Below, in pieces: positions 63,701 to 64,000 of a stretch of DNA of 64,000 bases. The stretch spans positions 96,472,001 to 96,536,000 of the forward strand of contig NC_043005.1 in assembly GCF_006345805.1 (NCBI RefSeq). Direction: 5' to 3'. Source of the stretch: Octopus sinensis. Lineage: Eukaryota. The position numbers and the translations under genes were made by a program. The notes beneath the pieces were generated by a model. It was not told the DNA's origin and made no database searches. It saw only the letters and a list, made by a program, of their open reading frames with translations. The stretch's first letter is position 1. Every line of letters starts with the position of its first letter.

Positions 63701-64000
63701 GCATTTCACTATATAATGGTTAGCATCAGTCCAGCTATTAAGATGGTGTAATACTGAGGGTCTCTAGGATAACCAAGAAGACATTGTGGTTGGTATGTGC
63801 AGCACCAATAGTAAGTCGCATTCTGTTCAGAGTTTCCTTCCCTGTTTCCGTTACGGCCACTTGTAGAATCTAAAGGCGTTACAACATGTCAGCGAAAGGG
63901 CTTCCTAGGCGTTTGCTGGAACTGATAGAAATAGTATCAGATCTAGGGACTATGCACGAGATTACATCGTTGGCAAGTCTCTCTCTCAAATCACACCACA

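Overview
AT-rich, microsatellite- and SINE-dense eukaryotic DNA. The SINE and repeat inventory looks like a cephalopod (Octopus-like) genome; this is recognition, not a search result. One clear host gene is present: LTV1 (40S ribosome biogenesis factor), + strand. It has 10 coding exons from 20803 to 35541 with consistent splice phases and an unlocated upstream exon that probably carries only the ATG (about 439 aa in total). The rest is mostly mobile DNA: a near-intact 4.1-kb CR1-group LINE (PHD-finger/polyQ ORF1 plus APE-RT ORF2, minus strand), two full-length decayed mariner elements, piggyBac derivatives, two non-autonomous Helitrons, RTE fragments, many tRNA-derived SINEs, and three GG...CC inverted-repeat elements with 8-bp target duplications. 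Best leads: (1) a canonical G_GGA_AAC -1 frameshift heptamer at the LINE ORF1 stop with an AUG-less ORF2 in the -1 frame; (2) a type I hammerhead ribozyme fold at 58951-59029, with related degenerate motifs elsewhere; (3) a 1.9-kb foldback element and an E-box-bearing MITE just upstream of LTV1; (4) a possible two-exon orphan secreted-peptide gene. No CRISPR array, rRNA or bona fide tRNA was seen.
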